This document shows positions 52,040-64,000 of a stretch of 64,000 nt of DNA, piece by piece. How positions within the stretch are numbered: the stretch's first letter is position 1; every line of letters begins with the position of its first letter. The stretch is from Podarcis tiliguerta. Lineage: Eukaryota. The stretch lies in NCBI GenBank assembly GCA_965153285.1, contig OZ229129.1, one strand, 5' to 3'. A model generated the notes under the pieces. The model was not told the origin of the DNA and ran no database searches. It was given only the letters and a program-made list of their open reading frames with translations. Position numbers and translations under genes: made by a program.

Positions 52040-54040
52040 AAAGCACAAGTCTTTGCTTCTTTGAGGAAGACCTTCTTGTAAAAGATGAGTTGTACCTCAC
52101 AGCAGTTGGCAAGAATGTGCTTGCTAAGAGTCATGTGAACCTGATTGGGAGAGCTTTAAACTAAATCCCGAGGGCGAGGGAAGCAACACTACAGATGACA
52201 GGGGAACACCTGGTCCTGGGGATAATAGCTTCATTGATGCACAGGAAACTGAGGTGGTACTCCAGAAACCTGCTAAAGGGCAAGGAACTACAAGAAGGAA
52301 GCAGGTGGATAGAATGACTTGTGGTATCATTGTCTCTACACAAATGCAGAGTATGGAAAACAAGGAAGACAAATCAGAGCTTTTAATGCAGGATGGCAAA
52401 TATGACCTAGTAGGCATTACTGAAACCTGGTGGGATGAAACTAAGGACTAGAATGTAGAAATACAGGTGTATTAGAGGGAATAGACTAAACAGGAAGGGA
52501 GGAGTAGTAGCATTCTGCTTGTAAAGTGACCCATGACCCAGAAGGCATATTGAGAGTATATGGGTAAAAATTGTAGGAGAAGGAAACAGCAGTGACTTTA
52601 CAGCGGGTGTCTGTCATAGATCGCCAAGCCAGACTTGGATAACGCCTTTCTAGAGCTGATTACCAAAGGTTCAGAAAGGAGAGATATAGTTGAAAAGGGA
52701 GACTAGACATTTGTTGGGACTCAAACTCTGCCATGAATGTAAGGTCCAACAAATTGCTCCATAGCCTCACTGACAATTTCATTTCCCAGAAGGTGGAAGA
52801 AGCAACAAAGGGATCATCTGTCTTGGACCTGGTCCTCACCAAAAGAGAAGAACTGATCACCAAAATGGAAGTACTAAAAAAACTTGGGAGGAAGTAATTG
52901 TTTTCTCCTGAGTTTCACTATATAGAGGTGAAAGAAAGCTGAGCGTAGTCAGGCATGCACTCTGGGCTTTAAGAAGGCTGATTTCCAAAAGCTGAAGGAA
53001 CTACCAGGTGAAATCCCATGTCAGAAATAATCAAAAGAGAAGGGTGTCCAAGATGGATGGGAATTTCTTAGAGGTGAAATATTGAAGGCACAAATGCAGA
53101 CAATTCTAACAAGAAAGAGAAGTGGGAGGCATCTAAAGAAAATGGTGGGGCTGCATAAGGAGCTTAGAGATGAGCTAAGATTTAAGAAGGGCATGTATAA
53201 TAAATTGAAGAAAGAGGAAATCACAAAGGGAGAGTATGCATGAATAGCCAACAGCTGCAGGGTGAATGTCACTCAGGCCAAAGCTCAGAATGAGCTCAGG
53301 CTTGCGAGACAGGTTAAAAAGAATAAAAAAGGTTTCTTCAGCTATGTTTGAAGCAAGAGGAAGAACAAGCAAGTAGTACATCCTCTATATGGAGAAGGTG
53401 GAAAAATGCTATTGGGTGGCATAGACAAGGCAGAACTGCTGAACACCTACTTTGCCTCTGTCTACATCCAAAAGGAAAGCAGTGCCAAACCTAGTGATAA
53501 CAGAATAAACAATGCCAGGAAGTAGCTGCAGCTGAAGATAGGAAAAGAGGTGGTAAAGGAACACCTAGTTACGGTACTTTAAATGAATTCAAATCTCCAG
53601 GGCCTGATGAGCTGAAGCCAAGGAGCTTGTGGATGTAATCTTGGAGCTTTTGTCTATAATCCTTGAGAATTCTTGGAGAACAGGTGAAGTTCCTGCAAAC
53701 TGGAGGCAGGTAAATGTTTTCTCTTCAAAGGGGGAGGGGAGAAGACCCAGGTAACTACTGTCCAGGGAGCTTTACAGTGATAACAGGAAAGGTCCTAATT
53801 AAACAGGTAATTAAACAATCAATCTGTGAGCACATACAAAAGGATGCTATGATTACTAAGACCCAGCATGAGTTGCTCAAAAGCAAGTCATGCCAGACGA
53901 ATCTCTTTCTTTTTGATAGAGTTACAAGATTGGTAGATCAGGGGAATTCTGCGGATGTAGTGTATCTTGATATTCTTGCAGAAAATTTGGTAAAATGTTG
54001 GCTGGACGAGGTAACTGTTAGGTGGATTTGTAGCTGGTTG
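52040..54040 (+). mobile_element. CR1 LINE internal fragment (ORF1 end, APE endonuclease, RT start), decayed
   Basis: YDLVGITETWWD (APE), EDPGNY and SKSCQTNL motifs, with stops and frameshifts. Confidence 0.88.
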
Positions 54041-54439
54041 AGAAAACAAGCTTGCACCATCTTCCATTTGACAGTGCTTTATATATATTTGAAAATGGCT
54101 ATCATATCTCCTCTCAGAAAAAGCCCACAAGCAGAACCCAAACACAAGAGCGCTCTGCTCTTACCCTGCAGTTCCCAACAACTAGTAGAGAAAAGCATTA
54201 TTCCCTCTGTGGAAACAGAGCATAACCATCATGGCTGGTAGCCACTTGTGTGTATGATATCCCCCAAAGTAGTTAGAAATTTGTGAGAGCCTCATGACTT
54301 GACAGGTCCACTGAATGGAAGAGGCCTTCTCAGTGGTAGCTGCTCACAAGCAAATTTGGAATTCCCTCTCTAGAGAAGTTATACTGGCTCCCTCCTTGCT
54401 CTCCTTCTAACAGCGGGTGAAGACCTTCCAGCATTTCCC

Positions 54440-55620
54440 GCTCAGCCCCTTCTAGCTTCCTTCGGCTGGTCCAGACCCTCCTTCCCCCGGGAGTAGCCCT
54501 CTGGCATATCGAGGGACACTGCCTTTGGGGGCCTGGGGACGCTGCTCTTTGCCAATGTCGCCGGCTCCTTCCTCCACCCATGACCAGAAGATGGGGCGTT
54601 AGGACCCAGTAGGATGGGAGCCGCTCTCCTGCACGCCCGCCAGCCCGGCCCGGTTGCGTCTCACGCACACACTTCGCTTGCTGGGCCAAAACAGCGGAGG
54701 GCGGCTAGGCGGCGCGATGCTAAACTTTTACCCTTCTCTCCCGAAGGATAAGGGGGAGCCAGGAGTCGGTAGCCCAAGCAAGAGAGCGAGGAGAGGGCTG
54801 GGCTGAGAGGCTGTGGACGTGTCGATCTCGCCCGACGGGCGGCAGCGCCTAGTCGCGCTTCGGCGGAGGTTTGGCGCGACTCCCCCACTCACGCGCCCTC
54901 CAGGCTTGGGGTTCGGATCGGATTGCGCTCGGCTGTGCTCGTTGCTGCCAGCACGTCGAAGCACCCTCCTGAGGGAATGCCGGTCCCTTCGCTGCCGCCG
55001 CCGCCACTTCTCCACCGATTCCTTCTTCCTTGCTCGCTGGTAGCGGCGGCGGCAGCCACAAGTGTTTGCGCTCCCGGAGCCCAGACCTTATAGTCCCGCG
55101 TCCCGTCCCCGCAGAGGCCGTCCCCACGGCGGATGCGCTACTGTCCGGACCAGGAGGACGGGATTCCTTGCCGACGCCGACGCCTTTCTCGTCCGGTGGT
55201 CCGGCTGCCTGCCTGCCTGCCTGCCTCCCCGAAGGTGGAGGAGTACCTCCAGGCGCCTGCGGCGGGGCTCGGGCAGCGCCCTCCTGAGGATGAGCGCTGG
55301 GAAAGTTCTCCTGATGTGCCTGGTCCTCGGTCCAGCCTCCCAAACGAGGTGAGCAAGCGCCCTGCCTACGGCTCCAGCATGCCCCATACTCTCTCTGGGA
55401 CCTACGACAGGTCGGCCACGGACACGTCGCCGCCGCGCTCTGGCATACCCCAGCCGCAACAACTTGTTTGAGAATGCTACACTTGTTCCTTGCATGCTGA
55501 CTGAGGAGAGCGGGAGATCTCTGGGGACCTTTTAGTCTGAGCGCAGGCACTCAGAGTCGTGTCCCGCGGAGAAAGGTGGAAGGGGAACTGCCTGCTTGGC
55601 CTCACCCTTCGCGCCTGTAA
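54440..55620 (+). promoter_or_regulatory. CpG island: promoter and 5' UTR of putative GABRG4/GABRE
   Basis: Dense CpG and high GC over about 1.2 kb in otherwise CpG-depleted DNA, spanning a signal-peptide exon. Confidence 0.85.
55290..55348 (+). CDS. GABRG4: First coding exon (signal peptide MSAGKVLLMCLVLGPASQT-R) of GABA-A receptor gamma-4/epsilon subunit; later exons not found in window
   Basis: ATG in aggATGa context, 59 nt, phase-2 donor AG|gtgagc. Resembles chicken gamma-4 N-terminus as I recall it (VLLLCLALGPA). Same strand and downstream of GABRA3, as for GABRE/gamma-4. Confidence 0.8.
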
Positions 55621-55768
55621 AATGGGGATGTGTGTGTGGAGGGGGGATTCCAGGCTCTTTGCAAGCGCTTAGTGGAGCAGCATCATGTCCCCTGGCTGGG
55701 AGGCTTCTCTGACCTTCTTTAAGACTCAAGTTAGGATGGTTCAGAACCAAGAGGGGGAGAGAGGCAGC

Positions 55769-58700
55769 TGCTGGGATAGATTTGGAAGGTGGGATAGGAT
55801 ATATTATTTATTAACTATCTTTCTTTTTATTAACTTGAATGAGATTCACATGTAGTTTGATAACTATGAGTTAAAAATATACCATCCTTCACAGCCTTGA
55901 CAAGGAAACTAGGAACTAAGCTGTGTAGCTTAGTTATAGTTATCCAGGATGCCTTTGGCAGACTGGATCTTCTCCTTTATTTATTCCTCTAAATAAAATA
56001 ACAACACAGGAGTCGGTAATGTAAGGGTATAAAAATATTGTTTTCTTACATAGTTGCAGACTCGAATCAAGTAGAAAATAGCAGTGAAATAAGTCAGGCA
56101 AAGTACATTTCTAGATTACAAAATACATTATTTAGATCAGGACCACACAGACCCTGCATCCTATTCTACAGCTGCATGGTGAGAAAGAGGGTGTTCTCTG
56201 AGCAGGAAGGAGGTAATAAGAATTATATTCCTACTGTTACCTTTCCTGCCCCTCCAAGCAGAGGGTGTGACCTCACGGAGTGCCCTCTAGGAATTTACAG
56301 GGGATGCCTTGTGTCTTCAGCCTTTGTTCATCCAGCAAACATGGAATTTTACACAACCCCCTTCTCAGGCATATATAACAATTTCATGCACATTTTATTA
56401 ACCACCCTGAGTCCCATCTTGACTCGAAGATTCTGGAAACTGTCTCTCAGTAGAGGTTTGGTGAGAAGATCAGCAGTTATTTATTTTGTCTGGCAATAAG
56501 CCAGTTCTACAAGTACATCTTGAATTGCCTCACGCGCAAGGTGATAAATTCCCCCAATATGCTTGGTTCTTGAGTGAAAATTCTCACTCCATGACAGCTT
56601 CAGACAACTCTGGTTGTCCTCTATCAGTCAAAAGGTCCTCTCCTGCACTAACCCAAAGTCTTTGGTCAGTTCATCGAGCCAGGCTAATTCTCTGCACACC
56701 TCTGTAGCAGGCAGCTGCATGTTCAGACTGTGGAAGATAAATATACACCATTCTGTTTATAATTGCCCAAAGAAATGGGAGCCTTTGCAAACATGAGGAA
56801 AAATAAACACCTGTGGATTTAAACTCTTTAGAATCCCCAGCCTATACAATGTCCATTTAACCTATGAGTTCAGGGTAACTGTCAGCTGGCAACTTAAGTT
56901 TACAGTTCAGTGGGTGATCCTACTTTTTTGCTCAGAATTCCAGCTGTGTTGCCAATATCTGGCCTAGTGGTGGTGGTCAGGTACAAAAGTTTTCCTTTTG
57001 CTGACCTGTACTGATTGTTGTCTCTTTACTGATTGTTGTCTCTTTACCTGTACTGATTGTTGTCTCTTGGCTCTTTAAAAAGCCAGTGTTCATAGGTGTT
57101 GCAACTGGGTGTGCTTCTTGTATCTCCAGATTGTCAAGCAGTTCAGTGACATTCTGCTTTTGACTTAGAAGAAATTATTAATCTTCTTCTCTGTTTGAAA
57201 ACCTAAATAGTAGTGAGCTTTTCCTATTTCTTTAACCTCCACATCCTTGCTTAGATGTTGTAGTCCTGGCCATTTTCAGTTGCAATAAAAAGATTATCAG
57301 CAAATGCCAAAACATAATGTCCATAATGTCCAAAATAGTCCATTTTTGCATTTAGTGTACAAATACTTTTCTGTGTAGCCTTGTTTGTACTCTAGTTGTA
57401 TGAGCATGCTATGTAACTTTTTATTCCATGCTCTAGCACATGGGTTGGCAAACTAAGGTCTGGGGGTTGGAGCCAGCCCAATCGCCTTCTAAATCCAGCC
57501 CGTGGATGGTCTGGGAATCAGCGTGTTTTTACATGAGTAGAATGTGTGCTTTTATTTAAAATACATCTCTGGCTTATTTGTGGGTCCTGCCTGGTGTTTT
57601 TACTGAGTAGAATGTGTGCTTTTATTTAAAATGCATCTCTGGGTTATTTGTGGGGCATAGGAATTTGTTCGGTTTTTTGTCTCCCCTCCCCCCAAAAAAA
57701 ATAGGTCTGGCCCCCCACAAGGTCTGAGGGACAGTAGACCCGCCCGCTGCTGAAAAAGTTTGCTGACCCCTGCCTAGCAGCTTGCTTGAGGCCATATAGT
57801 CACTTCTGAAGTTTACACACTAAATGTGCTTAATTTGGTTAGATAAAAACTTTGGGTTACTTCATGTAAATCTTGTCGTCTGAGATTTTGCTGTGCAAGA
57901 ATGCTGCTTTAATGTCTATGTGTCTCACTTCCATTTGCTTATATGCTGCTATGCTTAAAAGCATTCTAATAGTAGTGTATCTTACAACAGGATCAAATGT
58001 TCCATCATAGTCTTCTTCATATTTCTGAGAGGAGCCACAGGTTACCAACCTCACTTTATAGCACTGAATTATCTGTACCCTGCTTTACCTTGATCACCCA
58101 CTTACTTCCAATCCCCTTCTTCTGAGGAAGCTTGGTAAGAGACCAGATTTTGTTCTGGTGCAGTGCATCTATTTTTTCCTGTGCAGGATTCATCCAGAGG
58201 CAAGCTTCAGTGTCTAGCATCCCTTCTATCTCTTCCCTGGTGAAAGGTTCTAGGGGTTGTACCAACCTCACAATGTAGGATGGTCTTAGTGGCAGAACAC
58301 CTCTGTTTGATATTGCTGAGTGTCTGACCTCTGGTTCTGGAATTGCCTCAGTTCCCTCATCACTTTCTTCAAATTCAGGCATCTCCCCATTAGACTGTTC
58401 CTCATCACTTCTGCTGCTACTGCTGGTAGTCTAGTCCTCTGAGCCTTCTTTCTGTTCATCCCCTGTACAAGAGTGCTGTTACAGTAGGCTGCAGGTCTGG
58501 ACTGTTATATTAGTTGTGGGAAGTACATGACGTCTTGTGTTTCTTCCTGTGGTTGCTCAGAGAAATTTACAACAGTTCCACTTTTGTCAGCTTTGCTGTG
58601 CTCATCAAAATAAACTACATGTCTTGAGCTGACATTTCCTGTCTTTAAGCCCATAATTCTGTAGCATTCTCCTCCAGAAGAGTAACTAAGTAAAATTCGT

Positions 58701-59170
58701 TTTTTCTGCTCTGGAGTCCAGCTTGTCCCTATTCTCTTTGAATATGTAGCTATGGACAATGCTGCCAAAAACATGTATGTGTAACAAGTTGGGTGTGAAA
58801 GTTGAAAAGGTGTGTATATAGTTCCCTTAGTTGGTAGTCTGTTTTGGAGATATTCCACAGTGGCTACTGCGTCTCCCCACATACGTTTGGGAAGATTTGC
58901 ATGCATCTTGTCACTTCCGCACTAGATCTTTCTCTCTGCAGCTGCACTCTGTTGTGGGGTGTAGGGAACACTCCTCTTCCAGAAGGCTTGTCATGCCATT
59001 TGAACAATACTCTTTGCCATTATCTGTGACTAGGGTTGAGGGTTTTCTGAAACAATACACTGAAACCTTTTCTGCCCAAAGTGGACACATTCATTGTGTT
59101 GCAGTTCAGTTCTGGAACATACAGAACTCACTGCAAGGGGTTCTTTTTCACTTCAGTTGCCACTTAGTGT
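55769..59170 (-). mobile_element. Decayed Ty1/copia LTR retrotransposon: 3' LTR (55769-56353) plus integrase-RT-RNase H remnants
   Basis: Minus-strand peptides LPKRMWGDAVATVEYLQNRLPT (integrase), GSKWVIKVK, RLV..GSSQ..EDYDGTFDPVVR, HIDIKAAFLH, GLKQAARAW (RT) and ADLLTKPL (RNase H). Integrase precedes RT. PPT gagaaggggg lies just before the TG...CA LTR. Confidence 0.92.
57439..57772 (+). mobile_element. hAT MITE family A copy 3 with internal tandem duplication, nested in copia RT
   Basis: Near-TSD ctctagca / cctagca; splits the GLKQAARAW motif. Confidence 0.9.
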
Positions 59171-59180
59171 ACCTGAACCT

Positions 59181-59540
59181 ATAGAATTGTAGAGTTGGAA
59201 CAGATCCAGAGCATTATCTAGCCCAACCCCCTGCAATGCAGGAATCTCAACTAAAGCATCCAGGACAAATTAGCCATCCAATCTCTGTGTAGAAACCTTC
59301 AAGGAAGAAAAGTGTGCTACCTTCCAAGTGAGTTTGTTGCACTATCTTAACATCTCTTACTGTTAGAAATCTCTTCCTGGTGTTTAGTCAGAATCTCCTT
59401 TCTTGTAACTTGGTCATTGGTTTGGGTTGTACCCTCCAGAGCAGAGGAAAACAAGCTTACTCCATCTTTCATGTGACAGCCCTTTGGATTTTTGAAGATG
59501 GCGATCATATCTCATACTAATCTCTTATTTTCTAAGCTAA
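59181..59540 (-). mobile_element. CR1 3' end interrupting the copia element (continues at about 60357-60670)
   Basis: atagaattgtagagttggaa tail and body shared with 12346-12720. Confidence 0.85.
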
Positions 59541-59565
59541 ACTCTTGTTAACTGTTTAAAATATA

Positions 59566-59807
59566 CAGTGGTACCTCGGGTTACATATGCTTCAGGTTAC
59601 AGACGCTTCAGGTTACAGGTTCCGCTAACACAGAAATAGTACCTTGGATTAAGAACTTTGCTTCAGGATGAGAACAGGAATCATGCTCCGGTGGCATGGC
59701 AGCAGCAGGAGGCCCCATTAGCTAAAGTGGTGCTTCAGGTTAAGAACAGTTTCAGGTTAAGAATGGACCTCCAGAACAAATTAAGTACTTAACCCGAGGT
59801 ACCACTG
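59566..59807. mobile_element. Tc1/mariner-superfamily MITE
   Basis: TA TSD; perfect TIR cagtggtacctcgggtta / taacccgaggtaccactg. Confidence 0.9.
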
Positions 59808-60974
59808 TATTGGAATGGAAAATAAATATATAATCTGCCTGCATTATACTATGAAACATGACTGGAAATTTCCATTGAAGTTGAAGAGAGCCTAACTGGT
59901 TAATCATTAAGTGGGGCTGTATCTTTGTGGCCCAGTCACAAGATGTTTAAATCTCATGAAAAAGGATTGTGTTACAGGTCTATGCATATGCTAATCTGTA
60001 GACATGCATCTTAGGTGGGGGTGCTCTTTTGTTTTTCAAGCTACTGAAGAGAAAGGATGTGTTGATTCTGTTTCCAGTAAACAGCCTCGGGATAATGGAG
60101 GCTGGAATGGAGAAGAGTCAGAGCTTTGATTTTTAACTCAGCATGCAAGATATTTTTGATCTAAGACATTATGCCTTATGATGGGAACAGTGTAAGAAAT
60201 CAAGCATCTAACTGAATGTAACTTTTAGTGTTATGTTTGGAGTTAAAGTTCTGGAAGTAAAGATTCTGAACCATATTTTTGCACTGGAGAATTTTTATTT
60301 CAAAGAAGAATCAGTTTTTATTCACCCAACTGCTTCCAAATGTGCAGTATTAATAACCTCAATAACTCCCTCAACTGTTTCTTATAAGGCTTGGTTTTCA
60401 AACCCTTGATCATCTTGGTTGCCCTCCTCTGTACATGTTCCAGCTTGTCAATATCTTTCTTAAATGTGGCACCAAGAACTGGATTCAGTATTCTAGGTGT
60501 AGTCTGACCTAGGCAGAATAGAGCAGTACTTACTTATTTCCCTTGATCTGGACACTATACTTCTATTGATGCAGCCTAGAAGAGCATTAGGGTGTGTTTT
60601 TTTGCTGCGTGTGTTCACATTGTTGACTCATGTTTAGCTTGTGGTCTACTAAAACCCTTAGGTCTTGCTTGTATATGCAGATGCAGCCTCTATATTATCA
60701 AGCATCTGAGCAGCAGTTTCGTCTTTCGCTGTGTGAATCATTTCAGAAGCTGAAATATTGTCAAAGAGGAGTGATGCTGCTATATCACTCTCTTAATCCC
60801 ATTTCCCCTTTGCTGTTACGGATTCTTGGCTCCCTCCTCTGATCCATTCTAGCTCAATGCATGGCAAAATGCATTTCATTTTAAATCTGGTTTCTGTTTA
60901 GGGAAGTTTTTAATGTTTGATGTTTCATCATGTTTTTAATATTCTGTTGGGAGCCGCCTAGAGTGTCTGGGGAA

Positions 60975-61016
60975 ATTATTATTATGATTATGATGATGAT
61001 TATTATTATTATTATT
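60975..61016. repeat. (ATT/ATG)n microsatellite
   Basis: Read directly. Confidence 0.9.
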
Positions 61017-61100
61017 CTCCAGCAGATATAGTTGTCCTCTGTAAGTTTGGACAGCTTAAAGTTTGCCTCAACAATAAAATTCTCACCAGCAATCTCAAAT
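61015..61100 (-). mobile_element. Possible copia gag N-terminal remnant of the same element
   Basis: KLSKLTEDNYICWR resembles the KL-x2-x-NY-x2-W copia gag motif; correct strand and order, but no 5' LTR seen. Confidence 0.45.
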
Positions 61101-64000
61101 ATTAAAAAATTGGGGGAGATCACAAAATTGAAAAATTGAGAAAAATGTGCCAAATTCAAAAATAAAACTTAAAATTCAAAATGAAAAACTTCACTGACAA
61201 AGAGATAGTCTGCTCATAAGCCAGAGGGGTCTTTGGTCCCATTGCAGTGCAGAGCCTCTCACCTGTCACCCCAAGCGGTCACAGTGTCCTTTTGAGGGCA
61301 GTTGCGCAAAGGCTAGAGGCAGCAGACAACAACACAAGAGGCAAGGAGGCAAGCTGAGCCCTGTCCAGGGCACCCTGAGGCCATGATGCTTTTCCAAGGG
61401 GGGGGGGGAGGGAAAGATGGGGGGGGATTTGCTGTGATGATGACCTCAAAAGAAAAGTCCTGGGGCTGGATCCATAAACACAGACTAAGAGGCCTGGGCC
61501 CGCAGTTTGAAAGGTTGGTCCCTGATGCAGTTATCCAGTGATGGGGGACAGACAGGTAAAGAACAACTCTCCTCTGGATGATGTTCTAACAGGTTCTGGG
61601 ACAGAGCCCACTGATGAGGCCCAGCTCAATCTCCATCCCGGATATCTGTGACTATTCCTTTGGCTGTTGTCTCTAAATCCTGAATAGACCCATTAGTGCT
61701 CCCTTTCAGTAGGTTTGTGCAGCCGCAACCCCCAGGTCAAGGGGAGGCATTTGCCAAGGGCCAGATCCTAACCCCCACCACCCCTGCACAGAGCCCACTG
61801 CCAGCCCCTGTAGCCCTCAGCTGCCATGCTCCTCCTCCTATTCCTTCTTCACCTTAAAACAACAACAACACCTGAACTAGTTTTGATTTTGAAACTAAAC
61901 CAAAAGCTGAGCTTTCAACTTGGACTGAGAGGTATCCTAAGCCTTTAGTTTACATCAGATGATTAATTAATTTCTTTTACAGATCACTTCCTTTGAAACA
62001 CCTTGAAGCAATTTAGCAATGAAAACACATATAAAACAATTTCATATATATAAAAAAGGATTTCAAATCCAATACAGATACAGTCTGAGATAATTAATTC
62101 GTTAAATATGTCAAGTGATTAATTGACTAGTTTGAAGAAATCCTCCCCCAAATTTCAGTGCATACACTATTTAGAAGATAGCATGACCATGACAGATATT
62201 CTCCCAGGAGGAGAGGAAGACCCAGTCCTTGCTTAGAAAATCATTTGAAACTAGAGCTGAGGTGTATATTGTTGTGTTGGCAACAATGCTGTCAGCAGAT
62301 CAACCATCATCTCACAGGACTCCTTTGAAAATGTGATGGGAAATCCACAGCAGGCTTTAAGTGAGGAACCAGTTTATCCATGCAAATTACTACATGCTGT
62401 TAGAGGGCACTTTGAGAGAAGAGTGAAGATGGTAAACTGAGACCTTGATCACTTCCTTGCTGCCAAGCCTCCTTGTCACAAATAATGCCCTTCTCCTACA
62501 TCCCTCTTTTGCCAGAATGCAGGCAGGGGGCCAGTGATTGATCCCTCTCATGAACAGATGGAGCTGCCTTCAGTCACGCATTGCCACACATAAGGAAAAT
62601 TCCTGACATGTCCTGGTTTTGGGGTGTAAAAATGGGCCTGGAGGGGGGGATTTGCCGAAGCAGCAAAATGTCAGGGAAAACCCAGATGTATGGCAACATG
62701 GAAAAAGCAGTGGAAACAGTTCCAAAACCTTAAAAATTACTGTTGGGGGAAAGAGCTAAACAATTTGGGTTTGTTCCCCAAAAATGCTCAACAATTTTGG
62801 GGTTTGTCAATTTTGCAGATGTCAGGAATTTTACTTTTTGATATACGGCAGCTCTTGTCCATCCAGCCAACAGGCTGCAGGCTGTGAGACCCATGGAACT
62901 GTTACCTTTCACATGCAAAGTATGTCAATCAACTATGGTCCTCTCCCTTTGCAAACATCCCAAGGAGCAACCAAACTATGGCAGGCTAGAGATGGCTATA
63001 GAATCAGCTGTCACATGGGGATGGTGGCTTGGGGAAACCCCATGTCAAAATCAGGCCAATTAAAGAGGATCCTATCCAGCTTTTATATTATTCCCTTTCC
63101 TTGCTCTGCAAAAGCAATTTTGTGAGTGGTGCCCAAAATGATACCCTCTCATATGTGCCAGCAGGCCCCAAAGTTGGGGGGGGGGGGCTTGCACTGGAAT
63201 ATAAGCATAACCTTTCGGAGTCAGCCAAGGTCCATGTAGCCCAGTATTCTGCCACAATTGGTGTTCAGCAGCAGGTTGTTCTGCTAGATGGGGGGATTGG
63301 TGGCTGCCCTGATGATTGAAGTTAGGCTGTTCACCTCTGAGTTTTAAAATCATCTGTATGACAGGCCATCCCAATATCTCAGCAGTGGACCATGTCTGTG
63401 AATTATGAAGATGTTCTCCTTCCATCTGCTCTCTGCTGACAGCCATTTCAAGGGTAGAGGCCAAGATTTGTTGCTCTAGTAGCAAGGAAGAGTCTTGTAA
63501 CACCTTAAAACTAACAAATCTTATCCCACAAGTCTAAACCTCAAACGCTTCTGTCACAATGGCTCTACTCTGCCTCCACAGTCAGGAGGATGTTTCAGTT
63601 GCTAAAAGCTACAGGAGGGGGAAATCACTGTTGTGCCTGGGTCCTGCTGTGGGTTTCCCATTACGGGCATCTTATTGGGCATTCTTACTGGCAACAAGTT
63701 TCATCAGAGGTCCTCAAGTGATTACTGCTTTGAGAGAATCTCCTCCACTCCCCACAGTCTTATCAATCAACTATCAGGTCACCTTGTTCTCTGCCTCCAT
63801 TTCCCCAAGCTAATCCTCCCTTTCCAACCCCAACTCCACTGTATGCCTTCCCTCATACAGGGGCGGAGGAAGGGGAGCGGTGGGGTTGGTCCACCTTGGG
63901 TGTTATCAGTGAGAGGTGGTGACATTCGGCGTGCCACCTGCCCATGACTCCCAAGCCTACCCTGAGCCCTTCATCTTGACACCCCCTGCAAATGAGAGGT

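Noticed and set aside
55262-55281. RE1/NRSE silencer before the gamma-4 ATG
   Set aside because: Only a right half-site-like GGGCAGCGCC; the TCAGCACC left half is missing
54849-55550. 233-aa minus-strand ORF and other long ORFs in the CpG island
   Set aside because: Long stop-free frames are expected in GC-rich DNA; low-complexity peptides without homology
62800-63500. Cluster of ORFs up to 143 aa as a possible gene or Gypsy remnant
   Set aside because: No motif I can support
55349-64000. Second exon of the gamma-4 gene
   Set aside because: No WVL-x-PK or YDNKLRPDIG-type coding segment was found; it presumably lies downstream

Overview
Vertebrate genomic DNA, almost certainly a squamate. 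Sauria SINEs of the lacertid type suggest a wall or green lizard relative. The window holds the last eight coding exons of a GABA-A receptor alpha-3 gene (GABRA3, + strand, 1246-23346). All have GT-AG splice sites and join in one open frame; the first coding exon lies upstream of the window. About 32 kb downstream, a CpG island (~54440-55620) carries a 59-nt signal-peptide exon (55290-55348). It matches the first exon of the gamma-4/epsilon subunit gene (GABRG4, the GABRE orthologue), as expected from the conserved alpha3-gamma4/epsilon cluster. The rest is transposon-rich: CR1, L2 and RTE LINE fragments, Sauria and tRNA-derived SINEs, hAT and Tc1/mariner-type MITEs with target-site duplications, several solo LTRs and a decayed Ty1/copia element. 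Most ORFs in the supplied track are repeat-derived or chance. Most notable: (1) the alpha-3 I/M A-to-I editing codon is genomically ATG (Met), the editing hairpin is retained, and a MITE sits near where the mammalian intronic editing-inducer lies; (2) the alpha-3 protein differs from the mammalian one by a 3-aa deletion of an N-glycan sequon, loop C changes and a poly-Ala insert; (3) one copia LTR family is inserted antisense next to splice donors in both receptor genes; (4) the putative GABRG4 leader is structured and carries uORFs. Comparisons with human and chicken proteins are from memory and need confirming by alignment. I see no evidence for a wholly new multi-gene system.
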